Below, one piece after another: positions 1 through 19,288 of a stretch of 64,000 nucleotides of DNA. The notes under the pieces are model-generated. The model saw only the letters and a list, made by a program, of their open reading frames with translations, ran no database searches and was not told the origin of the DNA. Each line of letters begins with the position of its first letter. Within the stretch, counting starts at the first letter, position 1. The translations under genes and the position numbers were made by a program. This DNA is from Chrysomallon squamiferum (Eukaryota; Animalia; Mollusca), in assembly GCA_012295275.1 (NCBI GenBank), contig CM022671.1, forward strand, positions 31,310,001 to 31,374,000. The letters are read 5' to 3'.

Positions 1-447
1 TTTCAACGCCCCAGTTAAAAATACGGGGCGCGACCACCAAACTTTGGGTGGTGGCGTGCCTTTGTTGCTTATATGACGCAAAACTGATCGAACTTTTTCT
101 TTCTGGATCATCTGTTCGGCAAGCCAGTCTGACAGTTTCTGACTTTCCAAACACCCATTGAAGAAAATGACGAGCTCCATGTTTGCATTGTGACATGCCT
201 GAATTAGGCTGGTGAGGAAAGCGGTCATGCGATTCCATTGTCCTCCACATACCCAATCCGAAAAGAAACCTCCGTATAATCTGTCTAAGCAACTTTCCGC
301 ATCTACAACTAAACAAAATCGTCCTGAGCCGCCATAGCGGACACGCCTTTTGGGAACGAACCCTCGTGCAATTTTTAACAAGTCTACCGATACACATGCG
401 CTCGAACAATTATTTTCCAGGAAATCCTGGAAATCAGTAATGCCCAT
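1..447 (-). CDS. FAM120A: FAM120A-like (constitutive coactivator of PPAR-gamma-like protein 1), first coding exon, truncated by the window edge
   Basis: ATG at 447 reads open to base 1: MGITDFQDFLENNCSSACVSVDLLKIARG...LVVDAESCLDRLYGGFFSDWVCGGQWNRM...ELVIFFNGCLE...VLRHISNKGTPPPKVWW. This matches the recalled FAM120A N-terminus (LLVDADNCLHRLYGGFYTDWVSGGQWNHM...NKGTPPPKVW). It is absent from the ORF track because there is no stop in the window. Confidence 0.93.
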   Translation of the reverse strand, partial: MGITDFQDFLENNCSSACVSVDLLKIARGFVPKRRVRYGGSGRFCLVVDAESCLDRLYGGFFSDWVCGGQWNRMTAFLTSLIQACHNANMELVIFFNGCLESQKLSDWLAEQMIQKEKVRSVLRHISNKGTPPPKVWWSRPVFLTGALK

Positions 448-1376
448 TTTTGCTGATAATATTTGTATAACTAATGCATAATAAAATGGCAGTGCATCAT
501 TGGATGAAACTTAGCAGTAGGGATAATTTCACACACAAAAACGTTGTCCTTTATCTCCAAGAATCCGCCATGTGCTTCTCGCCGTCAGAGGATAGCTGCT
601 TTATGGTCACGTGTCCATGCCCGGATTCAATCCCACAATCCAACAAAGAATGTACAGAACCTGGCCGACGATATTTTCTGTCTTGCTACTTTACTTCATG
701 CAGGGAGGGGTATATTTGTAGTTTCGGGGTGGGAGCATAGAACAGCCTTTGTTAGAATGGTCCCTGGTTTAAAACATATTTCTATGCAGCCTAAAATTAT
801 AAATATTTTCACAGATCTCCATAATTTCAAACTTATTATTATATATTACCTTTAATAATAATAATAATAATAATGAAATGATTAAAGCATTGAAATTATG
901 AATGGCTGTTTAACTCGTTAAAAAGTTAAAAAAAAAAAAAAAAAAAAGACAAAATGTTCAAATCTCAGGTTTAATTTTACCGTTTTTAAAAATGCAAGTA
1001 GCTATTTCTCAGACAACAAAGATTAAATTACTTTTTTTTTTTTTTTTTTCGGGAGGTATGGCTATGACACGCTTAAATAAAATAATAATAAAAAAAAAAA
1101 AAAAAAAAAAAAGTAAAAAGTTGGGATCCCGTTCTATGAAAGGTGTTTTGTAACGTTTTGAATATTCATTTATCTGTAATCAATGACAAATTGAAAGTGT
1201 TGCAAAATTCGTAACTTGAGTAAGTGCCTGAAATGCACAAAGCTTAAAAAGAAAGAATTGCGCAATGACCCGTTTCCAAATATTTCTATACTTCAAAAAC
1301 TCCAATGGACGACTGCCTAAACATCACGTGACCCATTTATATTTGCGGACGTCGAAAGAAAACAAGTAGTTTAAGG
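448..1376. promoter_or_regulatory. Divergent promoter region between FAM120A-like and copine
   Basis: ATGs at 447 (-) and 1377 (+) are 930 bp apart. CACGTG E-boxes at ~608 and TCACGTGA at ~1324. YY1-like AAAATGGC (~483) and CCGCCAT (~565). Confidence 0.55.
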
Positions 1377-9520
<8,144 letters not shown>

Positions 9521-12465
9521 ACCCTAACATCATTAATCCTTTTTTTTTTTGAAATCCAAGAAAAATTTAGTAAAACACTTTTTTCAATGCTTGAAGCAAC
9601 ATTTCTATGATGCTGTACAAGTATATTGATTTTAATTCCTAATTGCTAAAAGTTTTATTGAATACCAGCGTCACAAGTAAAATTTTACAGACTATTTTTT
9701 TTGTCAGTCTCCGAAGATTTCAGATATGAAACATTTGACCAGTGTCCATTATTATAATTCTGCCTTTTGCGGTGCTACAAATAATACAGGGTTTTAATGA
9801 AGAGTTTTACCTCATTCATTCAAAATGAATACACAAGAATATTAAACAAATTAACTAAATATGTAGACTGCTTCAAGAGATGATGTGGCTGAAGCCATTT
9901 AACATTCACATGAACTTATTAGTTCACTGACATATATTATTATTATAAGCTAAGACTGGTCATTAGTAAGAACCAAAATAACAGTTTGGGAATATTCAAA
10001 CGTGGATTACCCATTGGTTTGTATCATCACGGATACAGCTGAAGATATGATACACTGAATGAAATATACATCTGTTGTGTTAAGGAGACTTGGGAACTGG
10101 AGCAACATTTCAAGAAATAAAATAGCTCATTCTCTGATTTAGTTTGACATGTATTGATTGTAAAAACCTACAAGAATATATTTGGAGTTCTTGAAACATG
10201 CAAGAATATTATTGTAATTATTGTTACTGAAATATGCAGGAAAACATATGGTGTAAATATTAAACTATGGAATTATAAATAATTGAAATCTGTAAGTTAA
10301 GCATAAATATTATTTAAGAAACCCTGCACAAAACAAGATTATAGCTGAACAGAATTATAATATATTTTGTAAACTATTTACTCAAGAAAATGTATTGCTA
10401 AATAATGAATTAAGAAATATGTTAGAGAAATACTTTTTTTAACATTATTTTATTTATAAATATGATTATTAATTTATCTTACAGTTTTGTAAACATACAG
10501 GTTATATTTTTATACTTGGTGCCTTTGATATGACTGAAAAAGGTATTATAAAAGCTCTTATAAAGATTTTATTGGACATAATAATTATAATAGACTTTTA
10601 TAACTAATAAATATGGCTTCTATATTTTAAAAAAAGAAAACAAAGACTGTGTTGTGCACAGTCTTAAGAGAGGCACAGACAATGTGATTCAAATTTTTCT
10701 TTTTTAACAAAAGTCAAGTTCAGCTTGTAAAATTGTAACAAACAATGAAGGAACCTCTCTTTTTCTGAAACCTGTGATCATTTCTAGGATTTCTTAAAGG
10801 CTGAGAGTACTGAAAATTATAATATAATGAACTTTTCATGAATTTGTTTTCTAATTGAATAATTATCTTTATGGTTGTGTTTTAATTTCTGTAATCAACT
10901 ATTAGTTTACCTAATTTGAAACACAGAAAAATGTCTTATCTCAGGGATTTATTGAAAAACAGAATTTAAAATTTAAAAAAAAAAAAATGAAATTCCTAAT
11001 GAAAAAAATAATTGGTAAACAAATAATATAAATTAATTATGATTTGACAGTGTTACATTTGTACATGTATGTACATATTGTATTATTGTTCAGTAATAAT
11101 CTCAAATATTTTTTTTTTTTTAAATATGTACCTTTAATGTATATTGTATGTGCAATTTAAGGTGCATTTAGTAAGTAATTATTGTGATATGTTATTTAGT
11201 ATATAACTGTATTTTTGAGTGTTATTAGATTCACAGAGCAAACTAGCTTCTTCAGAAAGCAAGTAATCAGTGAAACTGTTCTTATTACAGTTGATATTAA
11301 AGGTTTCTGTCTCTGGCTCTCTCATTTAAACAGTTTATCTTGTAACAAATATTTATTTGTTAATAATGCTTAACATATTTCTTTTATTATATTAATTTTA
11401 TTTTTCATCAAATTTTTTCAACTTTTGTATTTACATATTATTTTTTGGCATTATATCTTTAAGTGAGTATTTCCCACGCCCTTCCACTTTTTTATTATAT
11501 ATTGCATATTGTTGAATTTGATTTTTAATTTTTTATTGTTTTTTTCTATTTTTAATATAATTTTTAATGTGGCATTTCTCTTTGTGTGTGTGTGTGTGTG
11601 CGTGTGTAAAAATGTTACTGATTTTCTTAATATACAAATGCCTGTAAAGATTATTATTGACAACCATATTATTTTTAAACAGAATCAATTTTTATATTTA
11701 CATTATGATGTTTGTATCTTTTCTCTTTTTTCTGTCTTATCCTTCATTTTTAACATCTCTACTGTTTGTGTGTGTGTGTGTGTGGATGTATGTATTACTT
11801 ATTTTTTCTGGTTATAAATATTTTTATTTTTTATCATGTATTTGTTTTTATTTATGAAAATGTTTTTTAAAATACTGAAGGCAGTTAGGATTGAAAAATG
11901 TGAAGAAAAAAAAAAAACCTATATTATTTATATTGATTGAAAGAGAAGCATAGTATGTTATCAACAATAGTGATAAGAACATTTGTCTTTTTATTATTAT
12001 TTTTTTTAATTTTTATTATTTTTAATTAATTTTTTGGTTAAATTGTTGCTGTTGTTGTTATTATTTATTGATTTATTTTTTTATTTTTATTTTTATTTTT
12101 TATTTTTAGATTTTTATTTTTATATGTTGAAAAGTTAATACTTGAGAAGAGAAATAAGAAATGAGCCATTATGTATATATAAATAAAAATAATAATAATA
12201 ATAAATCTCCTTAGAAAATTCCAAAAGTAAGTTACTTTTCATTATTTGGTTGTTTGGTATAGATATACATGCACATATAAATAAAAAATGATACTGAAGA
12301 AGAAATTTAACTTTGTTACATTGTTTTATATATTATATAACACTTATTTTTTTATTTTTTATTACTATTTTTGATATATAATATATACTTGTATTTGTCT
12401 TTACCACTTTTAATCAAATAAATCAGATTTATCTCACTTTGTTTTCTTTTCATTAACAATATTAT

Positions 12466-12606
12466 AGGGACATTACATTTTCCCAATGGTTTAGCACTGG
12501 ATTGAGGCATCAGTGATTTTAGGATCAATCCTCTTTGGATACACAGTCCTAAATAAAAGCACTGGGTCATCTCCATGTAAAAGATCCCTTCCTACTAATC
12601 TGAAAA
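12466..12606 (+). mobile_element. Degenerate tRNA-derived SINE fragment (copy at ~16326-16466)
   Basis: tRNA-like head (ccaatggtttagcac A-box-like, ggatcaatcc B-box-like) followed by catgtaaaagatcccttcctactaatc. The latter resembles a gastropod SINE core recalled from memory. Confidence 0.45.
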
Positions 12607-12981
12607 ATAAATTTCTTGTGTTTTTATATCTTCTATTTATTTTAATGTTTTTAAAAATTAAAATTAACGATTATATTTTTGCTTAGTTAATATTTTTGTA
12701 AATATATTTTTAAAAATTTTCAAATTTAGAAATATTCTATTTGTGTTTTATTTTTGGTTAGTGATTATCTCTGGAAAAAACACACATCCAAGCCAAAAAA
12801 AGAAAAAAGGTACATTAATTTTTATTTTTATTTTTATTTATTATTATATATATATATATTTATTTTTTTTTAACTGAGTTGCCTCCCTTGATAGTATCTT
12901 TTCTTGTCTTGGAGTTATAAACAATGCAATTTCCGGATACTGTGAACTGTTATGTTTTCTCTGTTCTAAATTAATTTTAAA

Positions 12982-13518
12982 ATGCCAGATTCGTATTGGC
13001 TGTTTCCTTCTGGGAAGACACCTTTTCTGTGGAATTTTTCTACAAGATGTGTTATGACATTTGTTGGACTTTCGAGCAAACTTTGGTTGGGTAATCAAAT
13101 TAGTAATTATGAACTGAAATCGTCTGAGAATATTAATCACGTAACGCACATGATTACTCAGACTAGCCGTTACATCAATTAATCGTTTTATCAAATGTCA
13201 TTCATCATCAGAAACATAAAAAGGAAAAAAAAAAAATAATAAAACAGCGTTAACTGATTCTTAGCAATGGTGAAATAAAAAGCAAATAAATAATTCATAA
13301 ACGAATGAAAGGTTTACGTGAGTTTGTGCACGTGTGTATCAGAACTGGGAAATATTAATAATTAAAGGACAATGATAATATGCCCCAGAAAGAAGTTAGA
13401 ACGTAAAGATTCATGTTTAAATTTTCAGTATCTTCATTACTTCATTAAACTATTTTATAATAATAATAATAACAACCTGTATTCTGCATAAGTTTGTAGA
13501 AATTATTATTATTATTAA

Positions 13519-13564
<46 letters not shown>

Positions 13565-13954
13565 TCTGAGATTTCTACATGCATATTATACATATATTTA
13601 TTTTTGATTTTATAATTCTTTTATTTCAATTTCTTTATTTTTCCCCATTTAAAAGAAAAATATAAAGACAAAATAATCCTTGAAATTCCAGATATAGATC
13701 TGACAGACAAAGGTTTTAATAGAAAACCATATTTGGCTCATTCTATTTTATATTATCTATAGGTCTATTAATATTTTTATATCATTATCATTATTAATTT
13801 TTTAATTTCAAAAACCACAAAACAGAGTGGGCTAATAGGTTGAAAGTCTACAACAAAGAAATACTTCTGAACGCTGTGGAGAATCGACCAAAAGGAAAAG
13901 GGCTGGTTACCGTTAGCAACCACTACAGCTGTTTGGATGATCCTCTTCTATGGG
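12982..13954 (+). CDS. TAFAZZIN: Tafazzin exons 1-2, upstream duplicate copy (partial)
   Basis: Exon 12982-13090 (MPDSYWLFP...VGLSSKLWL) and exon 13826-13954 ([10 protein letters not shown]...[16 protein letters not shown], HxxxxD motif). The translation is identical to the downstream copy. Confidence 0.75.
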
Positions 13955-14006
13955 GTAAGATCTGGGATAATTACTTTGTATTAATACATAAAATGAACAC
14001 AGCTGT

Positions 14007-15430
14007 CTCCCATTCTTTACACATGCCATTTGTTACACCTTAATTGGCCCAGTTTAGGGATTAAGTAAGCACACCCCTATAGACTTAGTGGAGCAGTCTC
14101 ATCTGTTCAGTTCAATTCCTCGTAGCAATCATAGATTCTCAGCTAAAAGGACTTATGTTTATATTGTATTACATGATACAGATAATGGAATTTATCAAAA
14201 TGTCCCAACATAGGAACTACACACAAACATTAATGTCTTTATTTTAAAGGGTGTTTTTATTGTAATACCCAGTACTGTTTTACAAATTGTTGTAATTAGG
14301 ACAATGCCTTTTGTTTACATAAAACCTTGTCAATGAAATCATTTACTTGAGTAGCAAGCTTGGAAGGATCAAATTTGAAAATGTTGTAATTGTAGCCTAT
14401 AATCCTTTTAACAATTTGATAGAAAATACGTATAGTTCTCTAATCCTTGGACATGGTGCATTCTGTAGTAAAAACAAAATCTATGTGACCACTAAGAATC
14501 TATTCAGTGAAAACTTGCAAGTACATAAAGTATGTACCTCCATTTCTCACATAACAAACATGGCCAAGTTAAGACAGTTAGAATTTGTTACTTCATCGAG
14601 AGGCACTCCACAAATTCTCTTTGATGGATTCCTGTACAGCAAAAGTACAAACCGACAGATAGCACAATCCTGGAGATGCATCAACAAGACTTGCAAGGAA
14701 AAGTGTTCAACAGTCACGCGACGTTCTCAAGGAACATCTCACACCACACCTATCCTCAAGAAGATGTCAACCGTGTCACATTTCTCAGTGCCATGCACAC
14801 TAAAGCAAGGAAGGAAATAATGCAGATGCTTTCGATGTAATGCGACCAGCATGTGTCAACAGACGATCCCTGTCTTAGCCCAGACCAGAGCGAAGTAGAT
14901 CTTGAAGATGACTGCACCAGGACCACAGAGATAAAAGCTTCCTTCTGTTCAGTGACAGGGAAGAGAACAAGATCTTAGCCTTCTCCACAGATCAGCAGTT
15001 ATGAGCCCTTCAAGCTACATGAATGGAATTTTCAGTTCTTGCACTGCCCTTTGGGATCAAGTCTACATTCTCCATGCTAGAAAGGACTGTTCCACATACC
15101 CGCTTGTGTTTGTATTGCCACCAGATCGTCAGATGACTACATTCAGGAGACTGTTCAGGCTGCTCAAGAACCACGTGCAAGAGAAACTTCAGCAAGAACT
15201 TGCACCAGCTCGCATGTAGACAGACTTCAAAATTGCCACCATTCAAGCTATTCACGCAGAGTTTCCCAGTGCTGAGGTCAAAGGCTGTTTCTTCCATTAC
15301 AGTCAGGTCATATGGAGGAAGACACAAAACCTTGGACTGGCTGTGCTCTACAAGGAAGATCCTCATGTCCAACAGTGGATCAGGAGAGCAGCAGGTCTGG
15401 CACTTCTTCCGGCAGATCAGGATGCATGGC
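14007..15430 (+). mobile_element. Truncated duplicate of the FLYWCH/MULE transposon (left TIR and 5' part)
   Basis: Same sequence as 17873-19288, cut at the duplication junction, with extra indels around 14715-14940. Confidence 0.8.
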
Positions 15431-15439
15431 AGATCAGAG

Positions 15440-17380
15440 AATTTTTAATGTGGCATTTCTCTTTGTGTGTGTGTGTGTGTGCGTGTGTAAAAATGTTACT
15501 GATTTTCTTAATATACAAATGCCTGTAAAGATTATTATTGACAACCATATTATTTTTAACCAGAATTTTTATAGCTACATTATGATGTGTATCTTTTCTC
15601 TTTCTTTCTGTCTTATCCTTCTTTTAACATCTCTACTACACTGTAATCGGAGGATGTATGTATTACTTCTTTTTTTCTGGTTATAAATATTTTTATTTTA
15701 TTATCATGTATTTGTTTTTATTTATGAAAATGTTTTTTAAAATACTGAAGGCAGTTAGGATTGAAAAATGTGAAGAAAAAAAAAAAACCTATATTATTTA
15801 TATTGATTGAAAGAGAAGCATAGTATGTTATCAACAATAGTGATAAGAACATTTGTCTTTTTATTATTATTTTTTTTAATTTTTATTATTTTTAATTAAT
15901 TTTTTGGTTAAATTGTTGCTGTTGTTGTTATTATTTATTGATTTATTTTAATTTATTTTAATTTTATTTTTAGATTTATTTTTATGTGTTGAAAAGTTAA
16001 TACTTGAGAAGAGAAATAAGAAATGAGCCATTATGTATATATAAATAAAAATAATAATAATAATAAATCTCCTTAGAAAATTCCAAAAGTAAGTTACTTT
16101 TCATTATTTGGTTGTTTGGTATTGATATACATGCACATATAAATAAAAAATGATACTGAAGAAGAAATTTAACTTTGTTACATTGTTTTATATATTATAT
16201 AACACTTAATTTTTTATTTTTTATTACTGTTTTTGATATATAATATATACTTGTATTTGTCTTCTCCACTTTTAATGAAATAAATCAGATTTATCTCACT
16301 TTGTTTTCTTTTCATTAACAATGTTATAGGGCTAAACATTATCCCAATGGTTCAGCACTGTATTGAGGTGTCAGTGGTTTTAGGATCAATCCTCTTTGGA
16401 AACACAGTCCTAAATAAAAGCACTGGGTCATCTCCATGTAAAAATCCCTTCCTACTAATCTGAAAAATAACATTTCTTGTGTTTTTATATCTTCTATTTA
16501 TTTTAATGTTTTTAAAAATTAAAATTAACGATTATATTTTTGCTTAGTTAATATTTTTGTAAATATATTTTTAAAAATTTTCAAATTTAGAAATATTCTA
16601 TTTGTGTTTTATTTTTGGTTAGTGATTATCTCTGGAAAAAACACACATCCAAGCCACAAAAAAGAAAAAAGGTACATTAATTTTTATTTTTATTTTTATT
16701 TATTATTATATATATATATATTTATTTTTTTTTAACTGAGTTGCCTCCCTTGATAGTATCTTTTCTTGTCTTGGAGTTATAAACAATGCAATTTCCGGAT
16801 ACTGTGAACTGTTATGTTTTCTCTGTTCTAAATTAATTTTAAAATGCCAGATTCGTATTGGCTGTTTCCTTCTGGGAAGACACCTTTTCTGTGGAATTTT
16901 TCTACAAGATGTGTTATGACATTTGTTGGACTTTCGAGCAAACTTTGGTTGGGTAATCAAATTAGTAATTATGAACTGAAATCGTCTGAGAATATTAATC
17001 ACGTAACGCACATGATTACTCAGACTAGCCGTTACATCAATTAATCGTTTTATCAAATGTCATTCATCATCAGAAACATAAAAAGGAAAAAAAAAAAATA
17101 ATAAAACAGCGTTAACTGATTCTTAGCAATGGTGAAATAAAAAGCAAATAAATAATTCATAAACGAATGAAAGGTTTACGTGAGTTTGTGCACGTGTGTA
17201 TCAGAACTGGGAAATATTAATAATTAAAGGACAATGATAATATGCCCCAGAAAGAAGTTAGAACGTAAAGATTCATGTTTAAATTTTCAGTATCTTCATT
17301 ACTTCATTAAACTATTTTATAATAATAATAATAACAACCTGTATTCTGCATAAGTTTGTAGAAATTATTATTATTATTAA

Positions 17381-17429
<49 letters not shown>

Positions 17430-19288
17430 TCTGAGATTTCTACATGCATATTATACATATATTTATTTTTGATTTTATAATTCTTTTATTTCAATTTCTT
17501 TATTTTTCCCCATTTAAAAAGAAAAATATAAAGACAAAATAATCCTTGAAATTCCAGATATAGATCTGACAGACAAAGGTTTTAATAGAAAACCATATTT
17601 GGCTCATTCTATTTTATATTATCTATAGGTCTATTAATATTTTTATATCATTATCATTATTAATTTTTTAATTTCAAAAACCACAAAACAGAGTGGGCTA
17701 ATAGGTTGAAAGTCTACAACAAAGAAATACTTCTGAACGCTGTGGAGAATCGACCAAAAGGAAAAGGGCTGGTTACCGTTAGCAACCACTACAGCTGTTT
17801 GGATGATCCTCTTCTATGGGGTAAGATCTGGGATAATTACTTTGTATTAATACATAAAATGAACACAGCTCTCTCCCATTCTTTACACATGCCATTTGTT
17901 ACACCTTAATTGGCCCAGTTTAGGGATTAAGTAAGCACACCCCTATAGTGGATCAGTCTCATCTGTTCAGTTCAATTCCTCATAGCAATCATAGATTCTC
18001 AGCTAAAAGGACTTATGTTTATATTGTATTACATGATACAGATAATGGAATTTATCAAAATGTCCCAACATAGGAACTACACACAAACATTAATGTCTTT
18101 ATTTTAAAGGGTGTTTTTATTGTAATACCCAGTACTGTTTTACAAATTGTTGTAATTAGGACAATGCCTTTTGTTTACATAAAACCTTGTCAATGAAATC
18201 ATTTACTTGAGTAGCAAGCTTGGAAGGATCAAATTTGAAAATGTTGTAATTGTAGCCTATAATCCTTTTAACAATTTGATAGAAAATACGTATAGTTCTC
18301 TAATCCTTGGACATGGTGCATTCTGTAGTAAAAACAAAATCTATGTGACCACTAAGAATCTATTCAGTGAAAACTTGCAAGTACATAAAGTATGTACCTC
18401 CATTTCTCACATAACAAACATGGCCAAGTTAAGACAGTTAGAATTTGTTACTTCATCGAGAGGCACTCCACAAATTCTCTTTGATGGATTCCTGTACAGC
18501 AAAAGTACAAACCGACAGATAGCACAATCCTGGAGATGCATCAACAAGACTTGCAAGGAAAAGTGTTCAACAGTCAGCGACGTTCTCAAGGAACATCTCA
18601 CACCACACCTATCCTCAAGAAGATGTCAACCGTGTCACATTTCTCAGTGCCATGCACACTAAAGCAAGGAAGGAAATAATGCAGATGCACTCGATGTACG
18701 ACCAGCATGTGTCAACAGACGATCCCTGTCTTAGCCCAGACCAGAGCCGAAGTAGATCTTGAAGATGACTGCACCAGGACCACAGATAACAAGCGCTTCC
18801 TTCTGTTCAGTGACAGGGAAGAGAACAAGATCTTAGCCTTCTCCACAGATCAGCAGTTATGAGCCCTTCAAGCTACATGAATGGAATTTTCAGTTCTTGC
18901 ACTGCCCTTTGGGATCAAGTCTACATTCTCCATGCTAGAAAGGACTGTTCCACATACCCGCTTGTGTTTGTATTGCCACCAGATCGTCAGATGACTACAT
19001 TCAGGAGACTGTTCAGGCTGCTCAAGAACCACGTGCAAGAGAAACTTCAGCAAGAACTTGCACCAGCTCGCATGTAGACAGACTTCAAAATTGCCACCAT
19101 TCAAGCTATTCACGCAGAGTTTCCCAGTGCTGAGGTCAAAGGCTGTTTCTTCCATTACAGTCAGGTCATATGGAGGAAGACACAAAACCTTGGACTGGCT
19201 GTGCTCTACAAGGAAGATCCTCATGTCCAACAGTGGATCAGGAGAGCAGCAGGTCTGGCACTTCTTCCGGCAGATCAGGATGCATGGC
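15440..19288 (+). repeat. Tandem duplication copy 2
   Basis: Begins aatttttaatgtggcatttctc as at 11559 and ends gatgcatggc as at 15430. It then continues into the rest of the MULE and tafazzin exon 3. Confidence 0.95.

Larger units (their letters stand above)
11559..15430 (+). repeat. Tandem duplication copy 1 (~3.87 kb; tafazzin 5' region, exons 1-2, 5' part of the MULE)
   Basis: Near-identical to 15440-19288 at offsets of 3858-3881 bp (12982/16844, 13826/17692, 15001/18859). Confidence 0.95.

Noticed and set aside
474-855. Plus-strand ORFs 474-740 and 544-855 (FAM120AOS-like idea)
   Set aside because: No recognisable protein. They lie in the FAM120A 5'UTR/promoter, where higher GC explains the open frames.
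12844-13194. 116-aa minus-strand ORF (and its copy at 16706-17056)
   Set aside because: Antisense shadow of tafazzin exon 1, duplicated only because the region is duplicated.
14085-14122. tRNA-like A/B boxes (gttcaattcc)
   Set aside because: No cloverleaf; a short degenerate stretch within the MULE.
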